This document shows positions 17,693 through 35,436 of a stretch of DNA of 64,000 nt, one piece after another. How positions within the stretch are numbered: the stretch's first letter is position 1; the number at the start of each line of letters is the position of its first letter. The position numbers and the translations under genes were made by a program. This DNA comes from Dictyostelium discoideum. Lineage: Eukaryota. Location of the stretch: NCBI GenBank assembly GCA_000004695.1, contig CM000154.2, positions 1,824,001-1,888,000 of the forward strand. Reading direction: 5' to 3'. The notes beneath the pieces were generated by a model, which was not told the DNA's origin, ran no database searches, and saw only the letters and a list, made by a program, of their open reading frames with translations.

Positions 17693-18220
17693 TTATTTAT
17701 TTGTATATTTTTTAAAAAAAAAAAAATTATTTGTTTTTTATTTATTTGTTTTTTATTTATTTGTTTTTATTTATTTGAGAATATATTATATTAAATTTTG
17801 AAAGATGAAAAAAATAAAAAAAAAAAAAAATAATTTTATACTTTTTAATTTCAAGGAATAATAATTCTTTTTTTTTTCCTTTTTTTTTTTTTTCATTAAA
17901 AAAAAAACACTCACAATCCAGTCATCTAAAAAACAAACACAGTCACCCTTTTTTTTTTTTAAATTCTTATAAAATATCTTTTTTTTTTTTTTTTTTTTTT
18001 GAATAGGAGATGATATTTAATTTTTTAAATAAAATAAATGAAATAAATATCTTTTTTTTTTTTTTTTTTGGTGGAAATTTGTTAAAAAAAAGAAAAAAAA
18101 ATAAATTAGAAATTAATAAAAAAAAAAAAAAACCCAGAATGATATGAAAAATTTACATTTATATTTTTATTTATTTTTGATTGTTTTATTTTTATTGTTT
18201 AATTATAATTTCAAATTAAG

Positions 18221-18254
<34 letters not shown>

Positions 18255-18291
18255 TTTAATCTAAAAATATCTATTTAAAGAATTTCCTTTA

Positions 18292-18480
18292 ATTTTCTTT
18301 GTTGTATTTTGAAAAGTTTTTCCATTTTTGGTAATAAACTGAGAGAGTAGTAAGAAGATTACCAAGACCAAGACATAAAAATATGAAACCACATGAAAAT
18401 ACTTGCCATTCAACATAACCACTTCTTTGGTATGCGAATGCAAAGAATGAAAATGAATTATATAATTGGAAAAACTGTAG

Positions 18481-18512
<32 letters not shown>

Positions 18513-19500
18513 GAGAATTAGTAAATAACTATTTTAAAAATTTAATAATTAAAAAAATAATAATTAATATATAACTTACTTGTACAAATAATAAAAATGG
18601 AAATAAGAATAAAGCTGATGGTGTCCAACCAGGGTCATTACCCCAACCTTCAGATTCACCAGTTACATCAATAATATTTGCTTTACCCATTGCAACCAAT
18701 TTATAGAGACGACCTTGTTGATAACGATTTGTCAATATTTGAACAAGACCTTGACAACCAGAGAAATAAGTTACTTGTGGGAGGAAATAAGAGAAAGATT
18801 CAGACAATGGGAAGAGTAAATTTGTTAATGAACCAGCAATCGAGAGATAATGATGCATAATCCACCACGGTTTAATTGAACTACCATTAACTAAAAGAAT
18901 ATTTTCACGTAATGCCAATGTGATGTAGTAGTAGAGTAACCAAATCTGCCAACTGGTGGTAACAAAACTACTTTGTGGATATAGTAATAACAATACAACG
19001 AATAAAATGAATTGTGGATTGGTTTTCTTTTTAAATTTCTCATATTCTTGCTTTAATCTAAACTTTTCATTCTCTCTCATATGTTTAACGTTTACTTGTC
19101 CCAAGAATAAACGAACGAAAATACTGCCAGTCTCGGGGGTGAATGATACCTTTGCACGTTTGACATTGACTTTGATTTGATCTAGATGAGCTGATAACTC
19201 TTTGGTGATATCTAATTGTTTCTCTTTTGCATTTAAATGTTTGATTCTACTAATGAGTTGTGATGATTCCTTTTCATGTTTTGCTAATGTATTGGTGATA
19301 TCATCGGCATGTTTAAAAACATCATTAATATCCTTCTTTACTTTAATACCTTTTTCTTTACATTGTTCATGACTTTTTTTTAATTCAAATACTTCATTCT
19401 TTATATCTTGTAATTCTTTTGATATTTGAACTTCATGGGTCGGTGTTGTTGATTTATTGGTAGCTATTGATGACTTTGTTTCAGAGAATGATTCCATCAT
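18292..19500 (-). CDS. TMEM120/TMPIT family membrane protein. Exons 19500-18580 and 18474-18292 (about 368 aa).
   Basis: N-terminal coiled coil, then multipass hydrophobic segments (WQIWLLYYYITLALRENILLVNGSSIKPWWIMHHYLS...). GTAAGT donor at 18579 and ctacag acceptor at 18475. C-terminal exon ...FAYQRSGYVEWQVFSCGFIFLCLGLGNLLTTLSVYYQKWKNF. Confidence 0.7.
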
Positions 19501-19674
19501 TTTTTATTTTATTTTTTTTTATTTTTTAAAAAAATAAAAAAAATACTTTTTTTTATTTATATATAATATATATATTTATATATTACTTGTATATTATTCT
19601 ATGTATCTATTTCTTTTTTTTATGTGGGGTTTGATTTTTTTTTTTTTTTTAATTTATTATTATTATTTTTATAA

Positions 19675-19713
<39 letters not shown>

Positions 19714-19829
19714 TTTTTTTTTTTTTGTCTTTAAAGAGTAAATAATTTGAATTATAAAATAAAATAAAAAAAGATAACAAAAAAAAAATAAAAAAATAAA
19801 AATAAAAATAAAAATAAATTAAATGAAAA

Positions 19830-19866
<37 letters not shown>

Positions 19867-20032
19867 TTTTCTAAAAAAAAAAAAAAAAAAAAATAAAAAA
19901 AATAAATAAAATAAAAAATAAAATAAAAAAAATAAAAAAAGAAATCAAATTTATGATTTTTTTTTTTTTTTTTTTAGAAAATTAATTTTGTTTTAACCTA
20001 CATTAGATTAATCTAATTATATTTTTGGTTTT

Positions 20033-20069
<37 letters not shown>

Positions 20070-20808
20070 CAAAAAGTAAAAAATTATTTGAATTCTTCCC
20101 AAAATGTTCATTTTTTATTATTATTTATATTATTGACCTATCATTAAAAGCCAAAGAATATATTGATATTTTTGTAAAACAACAAAAAAGATCAAACTGA
20201 TATTTTTAAAAAATTCCACACCCCCTCCATTCTTTTTGATTTTTTTTTTTTTTTTCCTTTCAAATCCATTGGGGGCTAGTTATTTATATCTTTCCAATTA
20301 TGTTTGAATTTTAAAAATCGTTTAAGTAAAAAATTAAAAAATGTTGCATTGTTATTATAAATAGATTTGTAAATTAAAGTTGATTTTTTTTATTTTTATT
20401 TTTATTTTTATTTTTTTTATTTTTTTTTTTATTTTTATTTTCCTCAACTTCATATATAAAAAAAAAAATAATAAATGGTTAATTATAAAAAATATTATAT
20501 TATATTATTAAAATAATAATAATAATAAAAAAAAAATATTTAAATTTTATATCTTGCACAAGTTTGGATGTTTTTTTTTGTTGGCATACATTCCTTTAAA
20601 AGTTTTTAATGACATTCATAATTTTGAAACTTTGGAAGAAAATTATTTTTTTATTTTTTTTGAATTTTTTTATTTTTATTTTTATTTTTTTTTTTTAGTT
20701 TTTTTTTTAATTTTTTTTTTTTTTATTTTTTTTAATTTTTTTTTTTTGATTTCGCACCACATATTATATATATAATTATTTATATATAATAATAATTTAC
20801 AATATAAA

Positions 20809-22008
<1,200 letters not shown>

Positions 22009-22261
22009 TTATTAATTACTTTTTTTTTTCTTTTATAAATAATAAATAATAAAAAATAATAATAATAATAATAATAATAACAATAATAATAATAATAAAA
22101 AAAACTCAAAAAACATGTCAACATTTAAATATCAACAATAACAACACAACAACACATCTATTCATTTCCAACAATTAAAGTATCTTTCTCTTTTTTTTTT
22201 GAAAAAAAAATAAATTAATTAAAAAAAAAAATTAAAAAAATTAAAAAAATTAAAAAAAAAA

Positions 22262-22429
22262 AAACCAACTTAGTTGGTTTATTATTGAATTTTCTTTTCT
22301 GTTGAATTTTCTGATTTTATTTTTAGAATTTTCCATTTTTTCTTTGAACGTTGAATTCCAAAATTAAACCATAAATGATTTTATTATTAATGTTAATTTA
22401 AATAGAGTTTAAACTTTTTTTTTAAAACC
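22262..22429 (+). promoter_or_regulatory. U1 snRNA upstream promoter block with a DUSE-like element (AAACCATAAA at 22366-22375, about -60)
   Basis: About 170 bp upstream of the U1 start is conserved with the upstream region of the second U1 copy (46315-46482, inverted). The ACCATAA motif sits at -64..-55 in both copies and resembles the Dictyostelium ncRNA upstream element (A/T)CCCA(C/T)AA. Confidence 0.6.
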
Positions 22430-22600
22430 ATACTTACCAGTCATTATCAATATGTGATCATAAAGGCATATTTGATTTCAAAGATTTCAGACCATTGCAC
22501 TTTAAGGTTTGGTTTTTGTATGATCTTCCACAAAGAGGATTCAAGTGACAAATTTATGGTAGTCGTGGATGTTGCGCTAGCGCACTTCCACAACACCCCC
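22430..22600 (+). ncRNA. U1: U1 small nuclear RNA gene (about 171 nt)
   Basis: 5' end ATACTTACCAG is the 5'-splice-site recognition sequence. Stem-loop I loop GATCATAAAGG is 70K-like; stem-loop II loop ATTGCAC is the U1A-binding motif; Sm-like site AATTTATGG; terminal GC-rich hairpin GTGGATGTTGCGCTAGCGCACTTCCAC. Confidence 0.9.
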
Positions 22601-22676
22601 TAATTAATTTTAATGAAAAAAAAATAATAATAATAATAATACCCCAAATTTAGGAAGTGTTTATTTTTTTTATTTT

Positions 22677-22710
<34 letters not shown>

Positions 22711-22725
22711 TTATTTTTATATATA

Positions 22726-24153
22726 CTACATATCTTCAACACTCCAATAATAAGATTCTTCAGCTAAATTTTGATTTCTTGATTGTTTTGAGATGAATTC
22801 TTTTTCGAAACCATTACTACGATCAATACCATCCCATCTATAACCGGGTTTAATATTGAAACGATTTGAAGGATAAGGACCTTTGTATTCTGGTTTTTTG
22901 TCTATATCATTTTTATTTGATTTTTTTGATTTCTTTTTTCTACCACTACCACCACCTCCTCCTAGTAATGCCATTGGATCACCCCATCTATCTTTATCGA
23001 TTTGTTCACTATTTAAATCTTCATCATCGATGTATCTTGATAATGGTTTATTGATATCACGTTGAATACGTTCTCTTTCCTCTTCCTCTTTTTTCTTTTT
23101 AACTTTACCAATACCCCATTCCATATCTTTCTCTAATTCAATTTGTTCCTCTAATCTCTTTTTCTCGAGATCCATCTCTTTTTGTTTCTTTGGATCAACC
23201 TTTTTACCTGTAATTTTATCACGATATACTGTTTCTGCATTTCTACCCATCATTCTTTGTTGTTCTCTTAAAAATGTTTCCTTTTGTTCTTTATGTTTTT
23301 TATTCTCTTCTTCCTCTTCTTCTTCTTGTTCTTTTTTACTTTTAATTTCATCAAATGTTCTCTTTCTTGGTGGTGATAAATCTTCATTACTATTTCTATT
23401 TCTATTTCTTGGTGGTGATAAATCATTATTATTATTATTATTTCTATTTCTAGGTGGTGATAAATCTTTATTATTATTATTATTATTATTATTTCTATTT
23501 CTTGGTGGTGATAAATCATCATAATTATTGTTATTATTTCTATTTCTATTTCTTAGTGGAGATAGATCCTCATTGTTATTTCTATTTCTTGGTGGTGATA
23601 AATCTTCATTATTGCTACTACTATTCCTATTTCTTGGTGGTGATAAATCTTCATTATTATTATTATTATTATTATTATTGTTGTTGTTTCTATTTCCACT
23701 ATCACTTGAACTTTTATTTATACCAAATGAAATATTACTACTACCACCAATATTCTTTTTGGTAGTGGGAGGTTCAATCGTTATCCATTGTGATGTTGAT
23801 GATGTTGATGACGATGAAGAAGGAGGAGGTTTAAAATTGAATTGATCACTATTTACAATTAAAGGTTTATCATCTTCATCTTCTTCATTATCATTGTCAT
23901 CATCATAGTTATTGTTATTACTATTATTATTATTATTATTATTATTAAATTTATTTATTAAATTCTTTCTTTTATTTTCATTTGCATCTTTTGATATTAT
24001 TTCTTGTTGTTCATCTATGTCTACAATTTTATTACCTGTAGATACCAATACTTTCTTTTTCTTTTTTTTTTTTTCTTTATTACCGCCGCTTCTATTTGAT
24101 TCATCATTTGATTGTTCGTTTGGTGTTAAATATTTCTTTAAATATTCATTCAT
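22726..24153 (-). CDS. bud13: BUD13/CWC26 (RES complex) homologue, 475 aa
   Basis: N-terminal MNEYLKKYL matches BUD13 (..AEYLKRYL). Central tandem (E)DLSPPRNRN repeats, as in human BUD13. Conserved C-terminal block [32 protein letters not shown]. Confidence 0.85.
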   Translation of the reverse strand: MNEYLKKYLTPNEQSNDESNRSGGNKEKKKKKKKVLVSTGNKIVDIDEQQEIISKDANENKRKNLINKFNNNNNNNNSNNNNYDDDNDNEEDEDDKPLIVNSDQFNFKPPPSSSSSTSSTSQWITIEPPTTKKNIGGSSNISFGINKSSSDSGNRNNNNNNNNNNNNEDLSPPRNRNSSSNNEDLSPPRNRNNNEDLSPLRNRNRNNNNNYDDLSPPRNRNNNNNNNNKDLSPPRNRNNNNNNDLSPPRNRNRNSNEDLSPPRKRTFDEIKSKKEQEEEEEEENKKHKEQKETFLREQQRMMGRNAETVYRDKITGKKVDPKKQKEMDLEKKRLEEQIELEKDMEWGIGKVKKKKEEEERERIQRDINKPLSRYIDDEDLNSEQIDKDRWGDPMALLGGGGGSGRKKKSKKSNKNDIDKKPEYKGPYPSNRFNIKPGYRWDGIDRSNGFEKEFISKQSRNQNLAEESYYWSVEDM

Positions 24154-24201
24154 TATTTTTTGCTGTTTTGTTGCTTTAAATTATTTTTTATAAAAATCAT
24201 T

Positions 24202-24252
<51 letters not shown>

Positions 24253-24760
24253 TAAAAAAATTCTTTTGACAAAAATTTATCTGACAACAGATATCCAAAA
24301 AAAAAAAGATATTAAAAACAAATAAAAAATAAATAAAAATCGGAAAATAAAAAGTTGATTTGTTTGATTGTAATTTATTTGAAAATGATCAAAAAAAAAT
24401 GAAATTTATTTATTAAAAAAGATAAATAAAAATAAAAGAATAAAAATATTTTTTTTTTTATTTTTTTTTTTTTTTTTATTGTTTTATTTTTTTATTTTTT
24501 TATTTTTCAAATTGAATATGCAGGTATAATATATATATATATTTATTTCATTATATAATATATTTTCAACAAAGAATTAATAGTCAAAAAGTAAAATATT
24601 TTGTCATTTTGTTTTTAAAAAAACAATAAATAAATAAAATAAAATAAAAAAAACCGATAATTTCCAATGATGAAAAGGGAAAAAAAAAAAAATATCTTTT
24701 TTAAATTAAAACTTTTTTTTTTTTTGAATTAAATTTATTTATTTTTTATTTATTTTTATT

Positions 24761-24803
<43 letters not shown>

Positions 24804-25252
24804 CATTTATTTTTTGACCCTTAATACTTCCTATATATTAATTACGTGTTGTCTTTAAAAATTCATTACCACTATATTTATTTGTTATAATAATTACAAT
24901 TAATTAAACTATTCTCATTCACAAATTTGTGTGTTTTTTATTTTTTTTTTTTTTTTTTTATTTTTTTTGTTTTGTCTAAAAATTTTTTATTTTTATTTTT
25001 ATTATTTAAAATATTTAACACAAAAAATTTTTTATCATTGCTCGTTCATAAAATATCTTTTTTTTTTTTTTTTTTCAAATAAATTTTAAAATAAATTAAA
25101 TAAAAAAATTAAAATTTTAAAAAAAAAAAAAATTTTAAAAAAAATTAAAATAATAAATAATTAATAATCAATAATAAATAATAAATAATAGATAATAAAT
25201 AATAAATATAAATAATAAATAACAAGTAATAATAATAATAACAATTATAATA

Positions 25253-28183
<2,931 letters not shown>

Positions 28184-28259
28184 TAAAAAATATAAACCAA
28201 AAAGAAAAATATTTATTGTAAAGATCACAAAATATTTTGTTTAAAAAAAAACAAGTTGC

Positions 28260-28290
<31 letters not shown>

Positions 28291-28459
28291 TTTTATTTTA
28301 TTTTTAATTTATTTCTGTTAGGTTAATTTATAATAGTTATTTAATTATTTACTTGATTTTTGGTTTTTTTTTTTTCTTTTCTTTTTTTTTTTTTTTTTTT
28401 TTTTTTTGAATATCCCAATTTTTTTTTTTGAATATCCCAATTTTTTTTTTTTTTTTTAC

Positions 28460-29519
28460 TCAATTAAATGTTTTTAATATATTTTGATAAGAATTAACAG
28501 TATAATTTTGTTCATCCATTTTTTCCCACCTGTGTACACAATCTCTTAACCAAGCGAAATGAACAACTTTAATATTTGGATTTTTTAAAGCTTGTTGTGC
28601 TTTTGAAGTTCCTTCTTTAATGAAAATTAAATGAGTAGTTGTTGAATCAATTTCCAAAGAGATTTTAGCACCAAAAGATTCAGTAATTTTTGAAACTCTT
28701 GTATGGCACAATTTTGATGGATCAATTTGTTTTGGAAATATACCACTAAATACAATATTACAATCCATCAAAACTGAACTTCTAATTTCATCAATAATCG
28801 ATTTAACATGAATTGTATTAATATCACCTCTAGATAAGAATTCTCCTTGAATTGCCGGTAACAATCCTGAAAACATATCCAAGTATGGTGTATTTGTAAA
28901 AATATTTGTTGTGATATTGGTGTTGGTGTTGGTGTTGGTGTTGGTGTTGTTTGATGAAGATGGTGATAAAAAAGACGATGATGATGATAATGATAATGAT
29001 GATGATGATGATGATGATGATGGTGATTGTTGCTGTACATTTGATAATATTAATTGATTATTATTAAAATTATTATTATTTATAGGTTCTGAAATATTTG
29101 GAAATGGATAAGCTTTTGATAATTCTTGAAATGAGAATGGATATTGATAAATTGGTGTAAAATCTTGAATTTCATTATTTCCATAATTTCTACCACTAGT
29201 ATTACTACTATTTGTATTAAAGAATTTAAAAGTATCAAGTAATATTAAATTATCTTGAAAATTTCTCCAAACATCCTCTCTATCATCCAATATTATCATT
29301 TGATTAATTGCTTCGAAATTAAATATTTTACTAAAATTTTGATTATTAAATACAATATATGGTTTACCAATTGAATTTATTGGTGGTAATGGTTCAACTG
29401 GTTCTATAACTTCTTTTGTTATTACTTTTGTAAAAATTGATCTATTTGGATCTAAAATTAATGCTAATTGTTCAACATCTTATAAAAAAATAAAATTAAA
29501 TTAATTATTAATTATTGAT

Positions 29520-29562
<43 letters not shown>

Positions 29563-29924
29563 TCTTACAATATTTTGGATGAAAAGAATATAAATAAATT
29601 TTAAATTGAGAAGAAAGGGATGAAAGGAATTCTATTGCATTTGGTCTTTGTTTAACATAAAATGTTTCATTTGTTTCAGTGATTGTAAATTTGTTAATTG
29701 AATTATCTTTTAAGTAATAACTTTCAGCATTTGGATCTTTGGTTGAATGTAATAATGTATGATCAATATCAACTATTAAATACATTTTTGGTGAGCCATT
29801 ACTTGATTTTGATTCAAAATTTGGATTAATCCATGATCCATCTTTTGTTAGTAAACTTTTAATTTTCATTTCTACATTTTGACTTAATCCAACTAATTCA
29901 CTAAATTTGGATTTTGGTGGTTGC

Positions 29925-29982
<58 letters not shown>

Positions 29983-31507
29983 GGTTATTTACATTATTAT
30001 TATTATTATTATTGTTATTATTATTATTAACACCATTATTATTAATAATATTATTATTTGAAGATGGTGATAATAAATTATTTTTAGAATTGGTTGAAAT
30101 TGGTGATGGTTGTTGTAGTTGATTTTGATTTAATGAAGGTGAACCATTTGAAAGTGGTTGTTTTGGAGAAGTCATACCTGGTGTACTATTGTTACTGTTT
30201 CCACTATTTTGTTTAGTTGAAGAAGAGGAAGAGGTAGAAGAATATTTCTTTTTATCTCTATCACTTGATCTGTCTCTTTTTGAAGATTTACTACTCTTTG
30301 AATATCTTGATCTTGAAGATGATCTTGAAGATGATCTTTTTCTATAGGAACTTCTTCTACTTGATCTTGATCTACTACGAGAGGAATCTGAATAACTTGA
30401 ACTTCTTGATCTTTTCGATCTTGAATATCTTCCACTATATCTATCTCTTGATCTTGATCTACTATAATCGTCACTTGATGAATCATTTCTACTTTTACTT
30501 CTACTTTTACTTCTACTTCTACTTCTACTTCTACTTCTACTTCTACTTCTACTTGAACTGTAACTCCTTCTTGAATATCTTTTTGATCTACTACTTCTAC
30601 TACTACTATATCTGCTACTGCTACTATATTTTTTACTACTACTACTACTTTTATAAGACGAACGATGACTTCTACTATGACTTCTACTTCTTGAAGAATT
30701 TGAGCGACTTCTTGAACGAGATGATGACGATGGTGATGGAGATGATGATGATGAAGATGATCCTCTTCTTCTGTGATTTCTACTTCTACTTCTTCTTCTT
30801 CTTCTGCTGCTATATCTATTACCATATCTATCTCTTGATCTTGAACGACTTGAGCTATAACCTCTTCTTCTTCTTGATCTTGATCTCGATCTTGAACTAT
30901 CATCACTATAACCTCTACTTCTTTTCTTTTCTTTGAATTTTTTATAATCTCTTAATGATTCCTCAAAATCCAAATCCTCCTTTTTATTATTCTCTGAAAA
31001 TGCCAAAGGCATATATAATCTATCACCAACAATTGATGGATACGCTATACTTTCAGGTCTATTATAAGTTACAATACCATTACCACTACTTCTCAATACA
31101 ACATTGGCAACCGTTGTTCCATTACCAGTTACAATCATTGGTTCATTATCTACAACATGATAATCAATAACTTCACCACTACCAACATTGGCAACTACAA
31201 TGCCACCCACTTCATTATTTGGATCCATATAATAATATTGTGTTGGCTCAACTATTGATTCCACTTCTTTACCATTTATTATTATTGTTGTTGTTGATTT
31301 TGAAGTTATGGAGGTTGATAATTCTTTATTTTCTGTACATGTTAAATCTTGATTTTTTTGATCTTTTAATTTTTCTTGATTTTTGGTGGTATCTGTGGTT
31401 GAATCTTGACTTTTTCCCACTTCAACTAATTTTTCATCTTCAACAATTTCCCCATCACTAATTTCTTCACCATTTTCTTTGGAGATTTTATTTTCCTTTG
31501 ATTTCAT
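28460..31507 (-). CDS. fcp1: FCP1-type RNA polymerase II CTD phosphatase (FCPH + BRCT) with an N-terminal RS domain. Exons 31507-29569 and 29478-28460 (about 985 aa).
   Basis: DxDxT catalytic motif in MYLIVDIDHTLLHS. KIYLYSFHPKY + T before a GTAAGA donor and ttataag acceptor gives YVEQLALILDP...IILDDREDVWRN (FCP homology). C-terminal BRCT (HLIFIKEGTSKAQQALKNPNIKVVHFAWLRDC). Upstream in the same ORF: RSRSRS / SRSKS Arg-Ser repeats, poly-Q and poly-N. Confidence 0.75.
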
Positions 31508-31793
31508 AATATTTAATTATTATTTTTTTTTTTTTTAAAAAAAAAAAAAATAAAAAATAATAATAGTGTAAAAGTGAAATTATTGGGTATTGGTTATTTT
31601 ACAATAATAGTTTTTTTTTTTTTATTTTTTTTTTATTTTTTTTTTTATTTTTTTTTTTCAGTCAGATAAAAGTCGTTTAAATTTTTTTGAATTTTAATTT
31701 TTTTTTCTTTTTTTTCTCGCAAACCGTTGTTTCATTTTTGCGTTTTTTCCAATCTTTTTTTATTAATTGAAAAAAAAATTTTTTTAGATTTTG

Positions 31794-31829
<36 letters not shown>

Positions 31830-32021
31830 AATTTAGAATAAAATTTTTATTCACAGATTTGGAAAAAGTGAAAAAACAAATTAAGAATAAATTTTTTTTT
31901 TTTTTATTTAAATCAATAAAACAATAAAGAATGAAATTTTTTTTTTTATTTAAATTGATTTCCAAAAATAAAATTATACAACAAAACTAACCAATTTTAA
32001 AAAATAATTTTTTATTTTATT

Positions 32022-34774
32022 TTAAACAAACAAAATAATTAAAATTAAAAATAAAACAAGAGAAAATAATTGGCAAAATTTAAAATTATTAGAGTGATTA
32101 TTTTCATCATTTTCGGAATGATTATTATTATTGGTATTGGTTTTATTATTACCATTTGGAATTGGAGTTGTTGATTTTGGATTTACAGAGGGAGATGGAG
32201 ATTTAGAAATAAATGGAGACAAAGATGGAGATAAAGATGGAGATAAAGATGGTGATAAAGATGGAGATAAAGATGGTGATAAAGATGCAGACAAAGATGG
32301 TGATGGAGAAATTGTTTCAAACGGTGTTTCAGTTTCTGGTGGACTCCATTCAAAAATTGTATCACCAACAGATTGGCCATTTATAGTTACGTTTATGAAT
32401 GACTTTGGTTTATCACTTGTAATGGTATCATTTGTTACAATTAATGGTTCTAAAAAACATTCAAGTTTATTAGAATCGAAAACAACTATATCACCACAGT
32501 TTCTAGAATCAATTGTAATACTGTTTAATTCATTCTCTGCAAAATTGGTTCCAGTTATTGTAACATTACCACCTTTAATTTGGTCAACTTTTGTAGTGGA
32601 TAAAATAGTTGGTGGATTGTATGAAAGGGTTAATGGAGATGGGAGTTGTACATCGTCTACAATTAATATAACTAGATTATTTTTTCCACTACCTTTTGGT
32701 GCCATACATTCTAATGTTGTTGGACTGGATATAGAAACAGAGTCACATGACTTTTCACCAACCATTATAGTAATTGTTGATTTACTATCAAAGAAAGAAC
32801 CAACAATTGAAACACTACCGCCATCTGTATTTATAGAAGAGATTGATTTGCAAATTGGAAGAATTGAAATTTTGAAACCATTAGAATCACTAGATAAACC
32901 ATCAACAACAATAATGGCATTGTTATCAAATTTAGCTGTTTCTGGAAGTGTGAATGATGCTACACCATTTTCAAGTGAATCTGCTTTAATAGCGCCATTG
33001 TTTAAAGTTAATTCCACAAGTGATGCATCAGAACCAAGGTTTCTACCCTTAATCTCTAAAATATTTTCTTTTTGGGTTGGTTCAAGTTCAAATGGTGGTT
33101 GATAACTAAAAGCAATTCTATATGGTTTATGAGTACCAAAAGTTACAACGGCAACCATTTTATTACCAGTACCAGAAGAAAGAGTACATGAAAGTTTTGA
33201 AACATCAATAATTACATCTGTACATTCAATTGGATTGGTTTTACCTGTATTTTCAATTTGAATACTTGGTTTAACACCTGATGGATTCAAATAAAATCCA
33301 GATATTTCAAATGGTCCACCTTCCGTTGGGGCAAGTGTTAATGGTTCAGTTAAAACTGGAGTTGTGGTAAAATCAAGTTTATTTGAAATATCTTTATTAT
33401 TAGAAACAACAAAACTGCCACTGAAAATTTTTGAAGGTAGGGTAAATACCAAAACATTCTGAGCATTATCATCATCAGTTGGACTAATGGTGTTTTCTTG
33501 ATTTTTTTGATCAGTGATAATAATTTTTGAAGTACCCATCGTACCAAGACTTGTTCCTTCAATTGTAAAGTTAGTACCAGTTTGCTTAATATTTAAAATT
33601 TTTGGAATACCATAGGAATATTCTAAAACATTGGAATTGGAAATATTATCAATATTAATTGAAACCTTCAATTTTTTTATTCCACCTTTTGCAGTAGAGT
33701 GTGGTAATTTACAAATAATTTCACTTGAAATTTGGCTAATAATATCACAATGATAAGATCCAATGGTAATAGAGGTTTTTGATGTATCACCTGATGCACC
33801 CTTTAAGCATTTACCAGTTATTGTTACAACACCACCAATCACTGGAACGGAATTTATTGATAAAGGTAAAGGAGTAAACTTTAGTTGAGAAAGAGATGAA
33901 GATAAACCATTCACATCAACTTTAACAGATAAGGATTGGGTTAATTTTGGTTCATAATTAAATACAATTAAATCATTATTAACTGATACAATTGATGAAG
34001 CTGTTAATACTTGACTTCCCAACTCAATCTTTATTAATCTTTTATCAGTGTAAAAATTAGAACCACTTATTTTAAATTGACCATTTGATGATGATTCAAT
34101 TTTATGGATAGACGGGGCAGCAAAATTTAATTTGAAGGTTGAAGTTCCCAATTGAACACTGAATGAACCAGATCCACCCAAGTTTTTAACATTAAATTTA
34201 GTTGCATCTTTTGGAATTGGTGGATCTAAATTTAATTTTTTGGTTTTACCACCAATAATTACATTTAAAGTTTTTACATCATACCCAAATCTCAAAAAAT
34301 TACCAGTTACCAATGATAACCCAGGTTCAGTTGATGGTGTAAATTTCAAATCTCTTGGCGGAGGTATTGGCAAACCAATCATTGGATGCTCAGTTGTTTT
34401 ATCTTTTCCATCCATATATTTCCCATTGAATGTAAGAGTTGAACCAATTAATTTTGTAAAATCTAAATCTTTTGATTTACAAATACAACCATCTTTACCC
34501 TTTCTAGTACATGTAAACAATATTTTTACAGTTGGACAACTCTTATCTGTCAATATAATATTTGTTAAGAATTTATCAACTTTACTTCCAACATATACTA
34601 ATTTCTTTCCTTCAACAGAAACATTAACTAATAATTTTGAAAAAAAAAAAAAAAAAAATAAATAAATAATTAAATTTACAATAATACTTTAAAATTTAAT
34701 TTACAACAATAACTTACATCCAGCCTTAATTAAATTAAAAAAAGATATAATTACCAATAAATATAGTATTTTCA
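32022..34774 (-). CDS. IPT/TIG-repeat cell-surface glycoprotein, Tgr-like, paralogue A. Main exon 34627-32022; the signal-peptide exon at 34774-34718 appears frameshifted.
   Basis: Multiple IPT/TIG-like modules (ISGSNFYTDKRLIKIELGSQVL, ISIVGSFFDSKSTITIMVGEKSCDSV, ITGTNF...). S/P stalk (SPSLSPSLSPSLS 12-nt repeats) and a C-terminal hydrophobic tail (FCQLFSLVLFLILIILFV, GPI/TM-like). Upstream, ATG AAA ATA CTA...GCT GGA T + GTAAGT would encode the signal peptide MKILYLLVIISFFNLIKAG, but a T6 run (versus the T7 needed) puts a TAA stop in frame. Confidence 0.7.
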
Positions 34775-35436
34775 TTTTATTAATTAAAAAAAAAAAAAAA
34801 AAAAAATTAAATTCTATAAATATAAAAATTTTCATGTACACCAATTTTTTTTTTTTAAAAATTAATAAAGTAATATTAAATAAAATAAAATAAAATTTAA
34901 TAAAATAAAATATTTGATAGATTTAAGGATTGGTTTAAAAAAATACTTGGTAGAAATTAAAGACGAATTGTCCGTTTATTATTTGATATCTTTCTATTGC
35001 CATTTTCAATTTATCATATTAAATTTTAAAATATAAACAAATTCTGCATTTTTCTGAAAAATAATATGTTTACCTCATCTTTTATTCATTTATTATTGTC
35101 AAAAAAAAAAAAAAAAAATAAAAAAAAATAAAAAAAAAAAACTACCACTAACCACTAATTAAAGAAATATTTTTTTTCATAATCTTAATTAAGATTATAT
35201 GAGTTTTTATTTATTTACATCTTTATATAATATTTTATAATATCATTTTATATATATATATTTTATTATTATCATTATCATTATTATTATTTTTATTATT
35301 ATTATTATTTTTTTTTTTTATTTTTTTTTTTATTTTTTATTTTTTTATTATTATTATCTTTATTATTATTGTTAGATTTTTTTTTTATTTTTTTTTTTTT
35401 TTTTATTTTTTTTTTTATTTTTTTTTTTGGTTATTT

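Noticed and set aside
16587-19180. ORFs 16587..16772, 18678..18860 and 18956..19180
   Set aside because: They are antisense to the vWA-UBC and TMEM120 coding exons.
32131-33102. 323-aa plus-strand ORF with GDKDGDKDG repeats
   Set aside because: It is antisense to the Tgr-like gene A. The opposite frame encodes conserved IPT/TIG modules shared with paralogue B, and GDKDGDKD is simply the reverse reading of SPSLSPSL.
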